A DNA stretch of 64,000 nt, taken from positions 11,594,001 to 11,658,000 of the forward strand of contig JBHGNT010000016.1 in the NCBI GenBank assembly GCA_043228905.1. The letters are read 5' to 3'. The DNA is from Azolla caroliniana. Lineage: Eukaryota > Plantae > Polypodiophyta. Below the pieces are notes generated by a model. That model was not told the DNA's origin. It ran no database searches and was given only the letters and a program-made list of their open reading frames with translations. A program made the translations under genes and the position numbers. Of this stretch, positions 25,493 through 37,876 are shown in pieces (within the stretch, counting starts at the first letter, position 1; each line of letters begins with the position of its first letter).

Positions 25493-26701
25493 AGCAAATA
25501 AAATGAGATCATAAACCGCACAATTGGTCCATATCTATTTAGTACGCACTGATGGGGATGTATTGCAGATCCATATATTCAGGCACGCCACCTTAGGAAA
25601 AGAGCAAGTTTTTGGCTACATTTGGATAGGGATGAGAGACTTTGGAAAACAACTTTCCATGGCTTTGGGAACTAAAAGAATTCGGATCGGAGTGTGCTTC
25701 AGGAACGAACGTGATCATCAAATCGTGTGTAAAGCCATAGGAAAGGGGGAAGTCACTTGTATTTTTAAGACATAAAATGTGTGGGTACGAAAATTATCAA
25801 TGTAAGTACCAAATTTGGAAATGTGTGTAAAAGGCATGTGATTTTTATGGGGGGGGCGGGGGGGCTAACCACGTCGTATATATGGGGGCAGAGTATCCAA
25901 CATAAGTCAAGGCCTCAATGCCTCGCGGCTCGCCTCATGAGTCATGACATTTCACCCCCCTTTTAAAGTTCCTTCTCTACCTTTTAAACTTAAGCTTGAG
26001 TTATTTAATAGAGTTTGAAATATAACTTAAGCAAAGAAGCTGCTCTTTTCTACTCACAAGAACTTTCAAACTTATTATTTATAAAACAATGTATGCACTT
26101 TGTCCCCTTTGTACCCATCTTTGCGCAATCAACAATGAAATAATAATTTGTTCTTGGTTCATCACCCAAAATACGACTTCTTATTGCTACTCATTAATTG
26201 GCACCACTAGAAAAATGCCTTTCACTTCATCATTAGACCACACCACCTTTCTATTATTAATTTGGCTTGGTAAAATGTGTAAGGATTAAATAAGATGTAG
26301 GAAAACACAAGTGTGGAACATAAGAATAATGTAAGCACAATGAGAGAGATTAAAGTACCATATTTCATTATCATAAGTCATTCTTTGAATATCATGGGGG
26401 GCCTTGTACACTACAAAAGTGTTCTAGTCCTAATCAGGGCAGGAATTTGATGGGTGTCATGCCCGTCAAAGGCCATTTTGCCCGTCAAAAACATACACCT
26501 ACTAAAAATGTCCGTCAAGTGACATATAAAGTATAAAATTTTCCTTTTCATGTGAAAGGCCCCTTAAAATTATACATGTCAAATGACATGCTAAAATTTT
26601 ATTTTCTATGTCATTATTCATATATATTATATATATATACCACATATTGTCATATAAAATTTAAATATATGTACTATCATACTATCATCTATGTAGTATC
26701 T

Positions 26702-27358
26702 ACTGTGCTTTATTAAAAAATTAGGGTTAGTAATAACTTTTTAGTATAGGAAAAAGGTGAGTACTTACTACTTACTACTTACTGTTAGGTAACAAGTTAT
26801 TTTTCAACTTAAAAATGATTGATTTTATGTAGCCTTTTGTGCAGCAGGAATAGAACAAAGAAAGACATCCTTCAACCTTCAACATTTTTTAACTACAGTT
26901 TAAAAATGTAAGTTACCATGATCATCTATCATATTATGTTCATTTAGCAAGTTATTATATTGTTTTTGTATTACCTTAATACCTCTAAAAATAAACTAAA
27001 AGTATTTCATTTCAATAAGGTTTGATTTTAAGTTTTTTTAAACTAAATGTTTTACTAACCTATTGTTTTATACATACTTATTACGTTTTACTATGCTTTA
27101 TTAAAAAATTAGGGTTAATAATAACTTATTAGTATAGGAAAAGGTGAGTACTTACTATTAGGTAGCAAACTATTGTTCCAATTAAAAATTATTGATTCTA
27201 TGTAGCCTTTTTGTGCAGTGGGAATAGAACAAAAACAGCCTTCAACCTTCAACATTTTTTAACTACATTTTAAAAATGTAAGTTACCATGAATATCTATC
27301 ATATTATGTTCATTTAACAAGTTATTATACAATATTGTTTTTGTATTACCTTAATACC
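26702..27358 (+). repeat. Diverged direct repeat (~390-bp period) in the hAT 5' region
   Basis: GCTTTATTAAAAAATTAGGGTTA...TTGTATTACCTTAATACCT occurs at ~26707-26983 and ~27095-27358. Confidence 0.85.
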
Positions 27359-27486
27359 TAAACAATAACTTCAATGTCTCTATTATAGTGAAATGAAATA
27401 CTTTTAGTACATTTTTAGATGTCTATTATTTAAATAATTTCAGGGGGAAAACAAAGAACCAAGCACAACAACATTCTATTAAGACT

Positions 27487-29688
27487 ATGTTTTGCAAGGC
27501 AACACATGTTAATGATGCTCCAAATAATGAGCACGAGGTGGTTACAAACACAAATGAGTCGAGATCTTCTTATAACAAACAAAAAAGAAAGTGGAGAAAC
27601 CAATGGACTTTGCTTCACCCATGGGCATATGTGACAAAGTCCCTATTAGGTGATGATATAATCAAATGCATGTGGTGTGAAGATGCAAGAAAGAACAATG
27701 TATTTGCGGATGGTGGATCTCAAAGCATGCAAATGTCTTCATTGAATGAACATGCAAAGTCATCCGATCATGTGATAGCAAGTGCCATGTATAATGCAAA
27801 AAGACAAAAGGAAAATGCAAATGTGAAAGGCCCAATGGATGACAAAATTTCAGAAATCATGCATTTAGAATATGAGAGGATACTTTTATGCATGAAGTTG
27901 GTTCATTTTCATGCTTGCAATGATATTCCATTAGAGAAATATGTAAAACAATGTATGTTACAAAGAGAACTTGGTACTCCAAACGCCCCTGCCTCAAAAG
28001 AATATGGTGCTTATGCTAATGCTAAATCTGCAAGAGAATTCTTAATGGCCATTAAGAACCACACAAGGAAACTCTTGTATGATGAAATTCGTGGAAGTCC
28101 ATTTTTCTCCATCTTGATTGATGAAAGCATTGATCGTACATTGGAAAAACACCTCATTATCTATGTATTGTACTTAAGTGAAGGTGGCAAAGGGGAGCCA
28201 CATTGTAAATTTGCGCGACTTCTTCCGGTGGAAAATGTGAAAGCTGAAGGTATCTACAAGTCTATCAATGAATTCATTTTGGAGAGCAATTTAGATTTAA
28301 AAAAACTTGTGGCTTTTGCAAGTGATGGGGCATCATCTATGATAGGGAAGAACAATGGTGCAATTTCTAAGTTTCAATCCATGATGCCTAATATTTTGGG
28401 AGTACATTGCATTGCACATCGTGAAGCACTTGCCATAAAAGATGCATATATAATGTCTCATGCCCATGTGTTTAGCTTCCTTGATGTATTTGCAAATAAA
28501 GTATACTCTTGGTTGGGAAAGTCAACTAATAGACACAAGGAACTAAAAGAGATAATGAAACGACATGGTAAGGGTGATTTGAAGGTGCTTAAAATTCACT
28601 CCATAAGATGGTTATCTCGAGGCCAAGTAATGGAGAGACTAGTTACACTTATGCCCGCAATTTTAGAACAATGGGAAAAACATGAGAAAAAATGGTACGA
28701 GTATGCTACTATATTCCAAGTGCAATTTATGTTGCACCTATTGGCAGATATTCTTGTGGAATTAAATAAATTAAATGAGCAATTCCAAAGGGAATTAATG
28801 GATGTAACTATGCTTGGTGTTCACTTGGATTTGATCCATGAGAAACTTCGAAGAAGATATTTATCGTGTGAAACATTTGGCACCGGGTCTATGTTTCTTG
28901 CAAGCTTTTTATCGAATGTGAAAGATGGCATACTCATATATATTCGATGTGATAGTGTTACTCATTCACATCCATTGAAGTTTATACCGATTCCAAACCC
29001 AAAGGAGGTAGCAAATCGATCAAGAATAATGAGTGGTCTTGATAGTGAGAATGAAGATAATGATTCTAACTTGAATATGTTTAATGGTAATGCGGAAAAT
29101 GGTAGTTTGGATGAATGCATTAGAATTGGAAAAACTTTTGTCCAACATGTTATTGATGCCTTAAACAATCGTTTCCCGGATGTTACATTTTTCAATGCTG
29201 TCAAGTTGTTTAATCCATCTTCATATCCCATTGAGGAAAATGAAAGAGAGAAAAAGACAAAGGAATGGATGCACAAACTTATTGGGAAGTTTAACATTGA
29301 TAGGCAAATTGTTGACATGAAAAGATGCTTTAATGAACGAGAAGATTTTGTTGGTATACTTGTGAGAATTGCTAAAGGAAGAGGAATGCATGATGCATGG
29401 GATATTTGTTGCAAAGCACAATCTTGGTGGCAATTATTTCCGGGTATTATGCAATTGTGGCAACTATGTATGACTATTCCTATTAGTACAGCTGCATGTG
29501 AACGAGGCTTTTCACGTCAAAATATCATAAAAAATGATATTAGAAATGGTTTATCTTTGGAAACTTTAGATGCTTTGATGTTTATATCCTTGAATGCTCA
29601 AGAGACATCAAACATTTGTTGGAGGGATATATTTAACCTTTGGTTTGAAGAGAAAGAGAGAAGGATAGTATCATTGAACAATGCTTAG
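27487..29688 (+). CDS. hAT transposase (ZNF862-like), 733 aa; upstream small exons possible
   Basis: N-terminal CxxC...H...H zinc finger, FSILIDES (D1), ASDGAS (D2), HCIAH, IRWLS and ACERGFS (E) with the hAT C-terminal dimerisation region. Confidence 0.93.
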   Translation: MFCKATHVNDAPNNEHEVVTNTNESRSSYNKQKRKWRNQWTLLHPWAYVTKSLLGDDIIKCMWCEDARKNNVFADGGSQSMQMSSLNEHAKSSDHVIASAMYNAKRQKENANVKGPMDDKISEIMHLEYERILLCMKLVHFHACNDIPLEKYVKQCMLQRELGTPNAPASKEYGAYANAKSAREFLMAIKNHTRKLLYDEIRGSPFFSILIDESIDRTLEKHLIIYVLYLSEGGKGEPHCKFARLLPVENVKAEGIYKSINEFILESNLDLKKLVAFASDGASSMIGKNNGAISKFQSMMPNILGVHCIAHREALAIKDAYIMSHAHVFSFLDVFANKVYSWLGKSTNRHKELKEIMKRHGKGDLKVLKIHSIRWLSRGQVMERLVTLMPAILEQWEKHEKKWYEYATIFQVQFMLHLLADILVELNKLNEQFQRELMDVTMLGVHLDLIHEKLRRRYLSCETFGTGSMFLASFLSNVKDGILIYIRCDSVTHSHPLKFIPIPNPKEVANRSRIMSGLDSENEDNDSNLNMFNGNAENGSLDECIRIGKTFVQHVIDALNNRFPDVTFFNAVKLFNPSSYPIEENEREKKTKEWMHKLIGKFNIDRQIVDMKRCFNEREDFVGILVRIAKGRGMHDAWDICCKAQSWWQLFPGIMQLWQLCMTIPISTAACERGFSRQNIIKNDIRNGLSLETLDALMFISLNAQETSNICWRDIFNLWFEEKERRIVSLNNA

Positions 29689-31048
29689 TAATAAGTATGA
29701 GGAGTCCCGGTATGATAAACATTTTTTTGTGTTTTTTGGGCTTTAAGAAATATATGATGATTAAGTATTCGATTTGTATGATTAATTGTTTGAAGCTTAT
29801 TGTATCCACTTTGCAAGAATGAATTATGATTATGGATACATATATAGTTTGTACTTTGGCTTAAAAAACATTAACACTTTTTTGGTAAAAAAAAAACATT
29901 AACACGATATTTATTTTCTGTATTTCATTATCTTTGCGAGGTAGTTGTGTCTATTTGTGTACCTTCTATAGTAATAAAATGTATAATAATGAAGCATCAT
30001 ATAAAGCTTTTCATTATAAGAAATTTGTATGTCAAATGACATGTTAATTTTTGCACTCTTACGTCATATGACATACATCTTTAAAAAATGCCTGTCAAAA
30101 AACTTTAAGACTAACCCGTCAAATTCAGGCCCTGGTCCTAATTGTAATGAACCCTTTTAAATGCTCTTTTCTTAGGAGCTTAACTTTGAATATTATCTTA
30201 TCATTTTATTCCTATCAGTTTATCACAACTACTAATAATATAAATGATTGATTGTCTTTGACTTGTGCTTTTGTGGTAGGCTAGTAGCTCAAAAAACTAC
30301 TACATATTGTGCTTCAATGATTGATGCTTCAAGTTTTCTTCTCAACCAAATACACCAACAACAAATATGAGCAGCATGTTGAATGTTGGTGGGAGGCACT
30401 TGTACTTCTGCCTTATTGGAATTTGTCAAATCAACAAGAGAAATTTGAAGCCATACATTAAATTGAGACAATTTTTTGATTTGGAGCTTCTAAATGTGAG
30501 GCTCATAGCTTGTGTCTTGACGATACTTGGGAATAAGTTGTACTCTTTTCAACGAGCTGCCAAGATTCTACAAAACCTAGAAAATCCCGCTTAATACCAT
30601 GATAGTGCTAAAGTGATCTAGCATATTTTGCTCGAAATGTTTTCTTTAATTGGTTGTTTTCCTTGTCCTGAAAGTTAGCAATGTTTCAAGATTGAAACAC
30701 ATTATTGTTAAACAACGTGGGTTGTTATGTGATGTGTACTTGATTGGGAAGAGGGGGAGCAAGAAAGGGAAAAAGAAAGAGAGGGAGAGAGAAATATGAA
30801 CGTATTTTAAGAGAGAGATAGATAGTAGAGAAAGAAGATAGGCCCGGGTTGGGGTTCCTTCTTCTCCTCTAGATTTTTTATTCTTCTTCTTCTCCTTCTT
30901 CTCTTGCTTGTTATGTCCCTATTTAATGGCGATCTTAAAACATAGCAAAAACACGATTAGGAAACAAGCTGGGACACAAAACATGCCCATGAATTATATT
31001 TAACAAGGTAAGGCTTACAATAGTCCCCAATTGGGACAAACCAACATC

Positions 31049-31426
31049 CAGAGTTGGGACCAATGTTTGGGGAAAGTTTCTAGCTCCTACCGAAATTTTT
31101 CCTACTTCTTATGATCCTAACCAAAATTTAAAATTTTTAACTAGCCACTATCCTACAAGTGAAAATGTCAACTAGAATGTGTTGAATTTTTTTCTTTTAG
31201 CGCATACCAAATCAAAATCACATAATTCTGGATCCAACAGAGTTGGGACCAATGTTTGGGGAAAGTTTCTAGCTCCTACCGAAATTTTTCCTACTTCTTA
31301 TGATCCTAACCAAAATTTAAAATTTTTAACTAGCCACTATCCTACAAGTGAAAATGTCAACTAGAATGTGTTGAATTTTTTTCTTTTAGCGCATACCAAA
31401 TCAAAATCACATAATTCTGGATCCAA
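31049..31426. repeat. Apparently perfect tandem duplication of a 189-bp unit
   Basis: 31049-31237 repeats at 31238-31426. Confidence 0.93.
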
Positions 31427-31574
31427 AAGCATATATATATATATACATAGATTGACCCATGCATGATATTCGTAGTATTCGACATCCGTAATATTCGAGA
31501 ATACGAAATGACCCCAAGAATATTACAGAACCATTCGTTTGTTTATTTATTATTTATTATTTTTAAAAAAATTA

Positions 31575-32190
31575 CATCTATTATATAAAAATATTATTAG
31601 TGTGGGGTCCCCTTTTTAATGTCAAGAGAGTAAAAAGTAGGGAAGTAGTGAACCTTTTTTCTTTTTATTAAAAATAAAACAAATACTTTTAATTTTTTCA
31701 TCTATTATAAGAATATTATTAGTGTTAGGTCCCCTTTTATGGGAAATTTTATGGGAACCTTTTATTTATTCTACATATTTACATATTTTTACTTATTTTT
31801 TGCTTTATTAAAAAATAAAACAAATACATTTAAGCTTTATATCTATTCTAAAAATATTATTAGTGTGAGGTCCCCTTTTTAATGTGAGATAAAAATATGA
31901 AATTTATGCGTACCTTTTATTTATTTGATTTATTTAGATATTTTTATTTATTTTTTGTTTTATTAAAAGATAAAACAAATCATTTAAGTTTTATATCTAT
32001 TCTAAAAATATTATTAGTGTGAGGTCCTCGTTTAATAACAGATAAAAATATCAATTTTTGTGGGAGAGTAAAAAGTGGGGAACTAATAAACCTTTTATTT
32101 ATTATTTATTATAAATAATTTAACTTTTAAGTTTTTCATCTATATTATAAAAATATTATTTAGTGTAAGTCTCCTTTTTAATGTGAAGTT
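31575..32190. repeat. AT-rich diverged tandem array, about 5 units of ~120-150 bp
   Basis: ATCTATT..AAAAATATTATTAGTGTGAGGTCCCC recurs at ~31576, 31699, 31840, 31995 and 32138. Confidence 0.75.
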
Positions 32191-32479
32191 AAACATCCCT
32201 ATTTAATGTGAAAGTCTCTTTGTTATATGATATATTAAAAAACTAAAAAGTATGAACTCTTTTTTTTTTCACGAATATGTCAATCTATGGTCACAACATA
32301 GTGACATCAAACACGTAGTTAGTGAGGATTGAACCTACAACCTCACAAACTACAAGACGTCATGCTCAACCATTTGGATATGAGCATGTATTTGTATATA
32401 GCAGAGTATTGTATATTCTAGCACATATACATTCCAGAATATTCTAGAGCCTTTAGTGTATTCTAGAAAATTTATTCTA

Positions 32480-32762
32480 GGGAAAAGTACCAAGATACCC
32501 CTGGAAGTTCGTCTATTTACCAGAATGCCCTTGGAAGTTCCAAATTTACCAAACTACCCCTATGTCCAAAAAATTACACTTTATAAAGTAATTATACACT
32601 CAAATCTTTGGTAAATAGTGCTAGTTTGGGTCCATTTCTTCCATCTTTGGTAAATAGGGCTTGTAGATTTGAGTGTATAATTACTCTATAAAATGTAATT
32701 TTTTGGACATAGGGGTAGTTTGGTAAATTTGGAACTTCCAGGGGTATCCTGGTACTTTTCCC
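32480..32762. mobile_element. Mutator-like foldback MITE, 283 bp
   Basis: Long TIRs GGGAAAAGTACC...GGTACTTTTCCC spanning most of the element. Perfect 9-bp TSD TTTATTCTA at 32471-32479 and 32763-32771. Confidence 0.92.
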
Positions 32763-33099
32763 TTTATTCTATGGTGTATTCTAAATGGGAATATTCTAGA
32801 GATTTTATAAATACTTGACATAACCTCCTTGGTCCCTTTCAAGGGATTCAACACCAGTCATTGACATATCAATCTAGTATTCTCGTTTCATGCCATATTG
32901 TCTCCTTCGTCGTCTATGTCTTCATGCTCTCCATAACTTCCTAAGTTCATTGTCTCATCACTCACAGCATCTAGAGTTCCTAGCCTCGTCACTTTTAGTT
33001 CCACGTTCGTAGCCTTATGGTTCGTAGCCTCATCATCCGTGCTCCATCGTAGTCCGCAGTTGGTGTATCCGTGACAGTTTAGACCTTAGACAAATTTGG

Positions 33100-35940
33100 A
33101 ACACAAACCTTTCCAATACAATTGAGTAGAACTCTAGCAATGTAGATTATTCCTTTTGAGGGTGCAATGCTTAATAGCATCTATAATAGATTTGGTTCTT
33201 ACCCAACATTTTTAAAAGAATTTGTCACGAAGATACTTTCCTCGAAGGTGATCATCATGATCAAGTTGGTAATGAGGTTAATCATGTTAACCTCATGATT
33301 ACGACATAAGACATTAAGGAAAATATTGACAATCATTAATTTAAACTATCTAATAGAAAATCAAAGTCCTTAATAATAAAAATATTTACAAATCATTAAT
33401 TTAAACTATCTAATGGATAAGCTTCACCCATTGTGCTATACAACCCATAAGGTTCCATTGGTCACAAATGTTTCAAGGACTACCTGTCTATAGTAACCTG
33501 AAAATGATTTCCATATTGGTAGTATTTCCCTTTTTCCTCATGCATTCTAAATCTTAAATAGTTCTATTTGTGAACTATGTACTAATATTGAGCAAAAGAA
33601 ATCTACCTACTCCCAAATGACTCAAGTAATTTAAATCAAGGAAATTGTAGCACATGTTCTTGAGGTGTGCTTAAGCCTTGTTGACAAACATGTTTGACCT
33701 TATAGGGGGCTGCCAAAAGGTGCAAATAGATTTCTATAATAATTCAAAATAACCATGAAATCATCAAAATTTATAAGGGATAGAGAAGAGGTTTAGTTTT
33801 ATTTGAGAAAGACCAATCCATAATCCTCACTCAAATGCCCAAACTAAATTATAATAATTGACATTGAAACATCATTGCCATACAATTCTAATTTGATGAA
33901 TTCAGAATACTTTATTCAAAGAACAATAGTTAAAACATAGTTGCCAATGTTCATCGTATTTCACATCTCATTGAACTGACTATGAATGTGTCATACTCTA
34001 AGCAATGTGTCCATTCTTAAGTAAAATCCTCATGTTGAGGCCCAACAACTACAAGTAGAATGACACTATTTGGAGGACAATAGATAATAATTTATGGACC
34101 ATCATTAAGTGTGGTAGGGTATTGATCTACAGATAAAGAAATGTATTAATCTCAAACTACTTGTTGGATTTCTTCATTTTGTACTTATCTTCCTTGCTAC
34201 CAAAGTTCCTTGGTACCGAAGAAGAAGAAGAGCTTTTCCAACAACTTCTGGTTCCATTTTTAGAGGGGATCGTCTTGTCCTCCTCCACATGGCTTTGTGC
34301 TAAACTTGGCACCTTGACTACACGGACCTATTTTGTGTATCCAACAAATTTCATCATGATAATGAACCATGCCAATATGTGAAAGATTTTTAACACTTAG
34401 GAAATCGCGCCGTAGGTTCAAAGTTCCATTGTGGAAATCAATGTGGGATGTTCCATCCCCAATGAGGAATTATGAAATACTGTAGATAGTTAAAATTATC
34501 CACCTATGCTTGCAGAAGAGAAACATCAAGCCCTCCAATCATGCGAAGGTGATGTGGTCATTTACACAACAATGACCTTCAAAGATGTGCACATTCAAAT
34601 AGTGGGTCAAGATAAAACCACCACTACGATGAATAATTGCCTAGATGATGATGTTCAAGACCTAGACAACCACCATGCCACCACCTACCACCCTTGCTTC
34701 ACAGCTTCCCACATCGATCATCATCTATTTTACACCCATCTTCCACTATGATAGATTATTGGTTTATCAATCTCCACCATGGCAGAAGTCGCTATATCTC
34801 ACACCCCCTCATAGTGGAGTCAATACAGCCCCTTCTGATATCATATGACTCACCGAATATATGGCTAAAACATGAGAACCAATATGAGCCTTAAATTTTG
34901 TGATTGTTCCATTTCTAAGAAAGGCCATTCATCTTGGCCTGATCATTCATGTACTATCCAAAAATCATGTACTCACAACTTTACATTGATTAAGTCCATA
35001 TGTGGTGTAGTGCCAACTTGCCGCCATCGCTAGGATGGTACAATGAATTTCAGAACTCACTAATAAAATCGCTCAATGCTCTATTGTAGCAATGCACACA
35101 TCACTTTGACGATAGTGACTTTTGCAAAGAATTGGTCGTGAATCTATCAATCAAACATACTATGTTTCCTCGCCATTAATGATGGCCCTATTTTTTCCAA
35201 GGTAAATGATGTTCCACACCATCCCCTTTAACTGTTCAGCTTTTGTATCTCTTCCCCAAGCCCAGGTTAGTACTACCACCACATTAAAATTGTTAGTTCA
35301 ATGGCAATTGATGAAATGATTGACTTTTCGAGAACAAAGATTTGGCATTGAAATGTCATTGAAGGTATCGAATCCCAACCGCTCTAAAATCCATCTTCAA
35401 AATGATTCACACCCCAATTTGGAGTTATAATAAAACCCTGGTCTTGATGTCGAAGGCGACAAGAAGAATTTTGACTAAGATTCTTTGGAAAATTTCTAAT
35501 TCTTCTTCGGAATCATTCATTCCCAACTTGTTTAGAAAATCAAAAACATCCCTTGGGAAATTTTCCCAGCTGGACTTGGAAAATAGAAAACCTCTGTCAG
35601 AATTTAGAAAGACCCTGCTTAGATGTTCTACCATGACAATTTGGTTTTGGTGACAAGATTCAAAAGGAAGCTTAATAAAAGTAAATTATAGTTTGGGGCT
35701 TGAGGACTTGCTTTTAGAAGATAAGAGCATACGCACATATTCCATTGAGGATTCCCTTGCTTGGTTTTTGTGTCTTGAGCAATTGCTGTTGCAGCTCTTT
35801 GATTCCTTCACACTTGTGCTAGACATCTTCTATTCACTCGCATGGAGGATCACCTTCTTGACTACCTCTGCCATTTCTCCTTCATGCGTGGGTGGAATAA
35901 GACATTCATACTTTTCTGCAATTGAGCATGCTTCACTTCA
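33100..35940 (-). mobile_element. Possible highly decayed LINE (ORF1/endonuclease-like remnants)
   Basis: Coding-like composition on the minus strand with only vestigial motifs and no long ORF. Tentative. Confidence 0.25.
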
Positions 35941-36277
35941 AGTTGAGCACATTATAATTTTTAACACACACACACACACAGAGAATTGGACTGATGGACA
36001 AAGTTGCAGTTCATTATTAGATAAAGACTTGCTTGCATAAAACAACCAATGTTCGTAAGTGAATATGAAGTCAATGGCATAAATAGAAATTGATAGATAG
36101 ATTTTCAGGGTAGGGCATAGTCCCATCCATATTATCTCACTATTACATGTGAAATGGAATATATATATATATATGTATGTATATATATGTGTGTGTGTGT
36201 GTATATACAGACAGACAGACAAGACACAAATACAGATAAGCTACAAGTGTACATTGCTTTTACAATGTGTAGAATCA

Positions 36278-37705
36278 TCATCCTTGATTGAGGAGAGCCT
36301 CAAGTTTGCCTTGCTCAACCAAGGTGGAGATCTTTTCTACCCCACCAATGTATCTCCCCCTGATGAAGAGCCTGGGTACTGTGACCACCTTCTGCAAGAG
36401 CTCCCTCAGCTCATTCCTATATTCCAGGTGCACAGATACATCTCTCTCCTCCAACACCACACCTGATGATCCAACTCTGTACCTCTCTATAATACCTCTC
36501 ACTTTGATGCAATCTTCATATGCCTTTCTCATTCCCCTCATGCTCGTAGTATACAGCACAACTCTTCCCTCACCTCCTGGTGGACATATTATCTCAAAAT
36601 CCTCATAACCTATGAGGTCACTCACATTACTTCTGGTAATGAATCTCTCTGAGACTAGTGATTTCTGCGAGTCTACTAAGTAGCTTCTTTTGTCTCCGAG
36701 TAGATCCGATTTAAGATGACCTTGTTTGATGGAGATATCTTCAAGTAAGCTATATTCGTTATTCTCAGAATTCACAACCTTTTTTTTTACTTCTTCTGGC
36801 TCTAGCCGATCCTCTTGGACATTGAGTGTTGATATCTTCATAGATACCTGATTACCTGCTTCACTGATCATATGATCTGCACTGGTCTTGTTGGTATAGG
36901 ATCCCAAGTATTCCACATCAAAGTCACCATTGTTGGGGTTGTTCTTTCGTGCCATGGATACCTTGCCCATGAGATCAACACTACCGTGGCTATCAAGGAC
37001 ACCTACACCCTTCTTATGAATAGTGCTTAGTCTATGTTCCACCTTAGTGATATTACTGCCCTTTCTTGTGTTTTGATCCTGTACACCCTTCTTCACTTCC
37101 ACATGCTTTTCCTTTCCTTGTTGGAAGGACCCAGCCGCGTCAAGCTCTTCAAGTGTATGGATGATCATGGATTTGTCAAATGGTTTCGTCCCATGTCGTC
37201 TCTTCGACGAATGTTTCACCTTTGTATGACCCGTCTCTTCTTTGCGATTGTGATTGCCGTTATCGTCATCGTCCTCATCCAAGCCTTTCATGACTTCATG
37301 GATATCAATGGAGTCAGATGGAGCATACTTACCTGAATGAAGGTCCTGATGAGGTTTTAGGGTTTCCAAAACACCAGAGACCTCAAGCCAAGATTGAGGG
37401 CCACGAGTTTCCAGGAGGTTGAGCTGGGAGAGCACATCACGGGGACTCCTGCTAGATAGGCCATGCCTTGTAGCACTGACATTCTCGCCATGTCCATGTG
37501 AGATTGGTTCATCGTCGCGTTCTTCGCCTGCTGGTGAGTGTTGAGGAGATATGGCGGAATTGATGGATGCGAGGGCAACCAGGTGATCGAGTTCATCCGC
37601 GAGGAGGAGGAGGGGGGATGCAGGAGGAACCCCCACTGCCACTGCCGGAGATTTGACTTCTTGCGGGCCCATCATCATAACCTCGGTGGAGGAGGCACAG
37701 CCCAT
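36278..37705 (-). CDS. Glutaredoxin-domain protein of the At5g39865/At3g28850-like family, 475 aa
   Basis: MGCASS N-terminal acylation motif, IDIHEVMKGL motif, CPPGGEGRVVLYTTSMRGMRKAYEDC, ERDVSVH and VPRLFIRGRYIGG. Single ORF. Confidence 0.9.
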   Translation of the reverse strand: MGCASSTEVMMMGPQEVKSPAVAVGVPPASPLLLLADELDHLVALASINSAISPQHSPAGEERDDEPISHGHGENVSATRHGLSSRSPRDVLSQLNLLETRGPQSWLEVSGVLETLKPHQDLHSGKYAPSDSIDIHEVMKGLDEDDDDNGNHNRKEETGHTKVKHSSKRRHGTKPFDKSMIIHTLEELDAAGSFQQGKEKHVEVKKGVQDQNTRKGSNITKVEHRLSTIHKKGVGVLDSHGSVDLMGKVSMARKNNPNNGDFDVEYLGSYTNKTSADHMISEAGNQVSMKISTLNVQEDRLEPEEVKKKVVNSENNEYSLLEDISIKQGHLKSDLLGDKRSYLVDSQKSLVSERFITRSNVSDLIGYEDFEIICPPGGEGRVVLYTTSMRGMRKAYEDCIKVRGIIERYRVGSSGVVLEERDVSVHLEYRNELRELLQKVVTVPRLFIRGRYIGGVEKISTLVEQGKLEALLNQG

Positions 37706-37833
37706 GTCTGAATCACTGACATCCCTTCTTGCCTCCGAAAGTGTGGCTATTATGTAGTAGAAGTGTTACTACAGGAGACCAGAAGACGCCATTCATATTG
37801 CCCATCAAATCAATCATGCAGGAAAGAGAGAGA

Positions 37834-37876
37834 TTAGGTTAGGTTAGGTTAGGTTAGGTTAGGTTAGATTAGGTTA
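37834..37876. repeat. (TTAGG)n microsatellite followed by (GATG)n
   Basis: About 8 TTAGG units, one imperfect, about 130 bp upstream of the GRX-like ATG. Confidence 0.9.

Larger units (their letters stand above)
26435..30134 (+). mobile_element. Complete, probably autonomous hAT DNA transposon
   Basis: 21-bp TIRs CAGGGCAGGAATTTGATGGGT and CAGGGCCTGAATTTGACGGGT (reverse complement). Perfect 8-bp TSD GTCCTAAT at 26427-26434 and 30135-30142. Subterminal GTCA/TGAC motifs. Confidence 0.96.

Noticed and set aside
37834-37876. Arthropod-type telomere or contamination
   Set aside because: Only about 8 units embedded among other microsatellites next to a plant gene.
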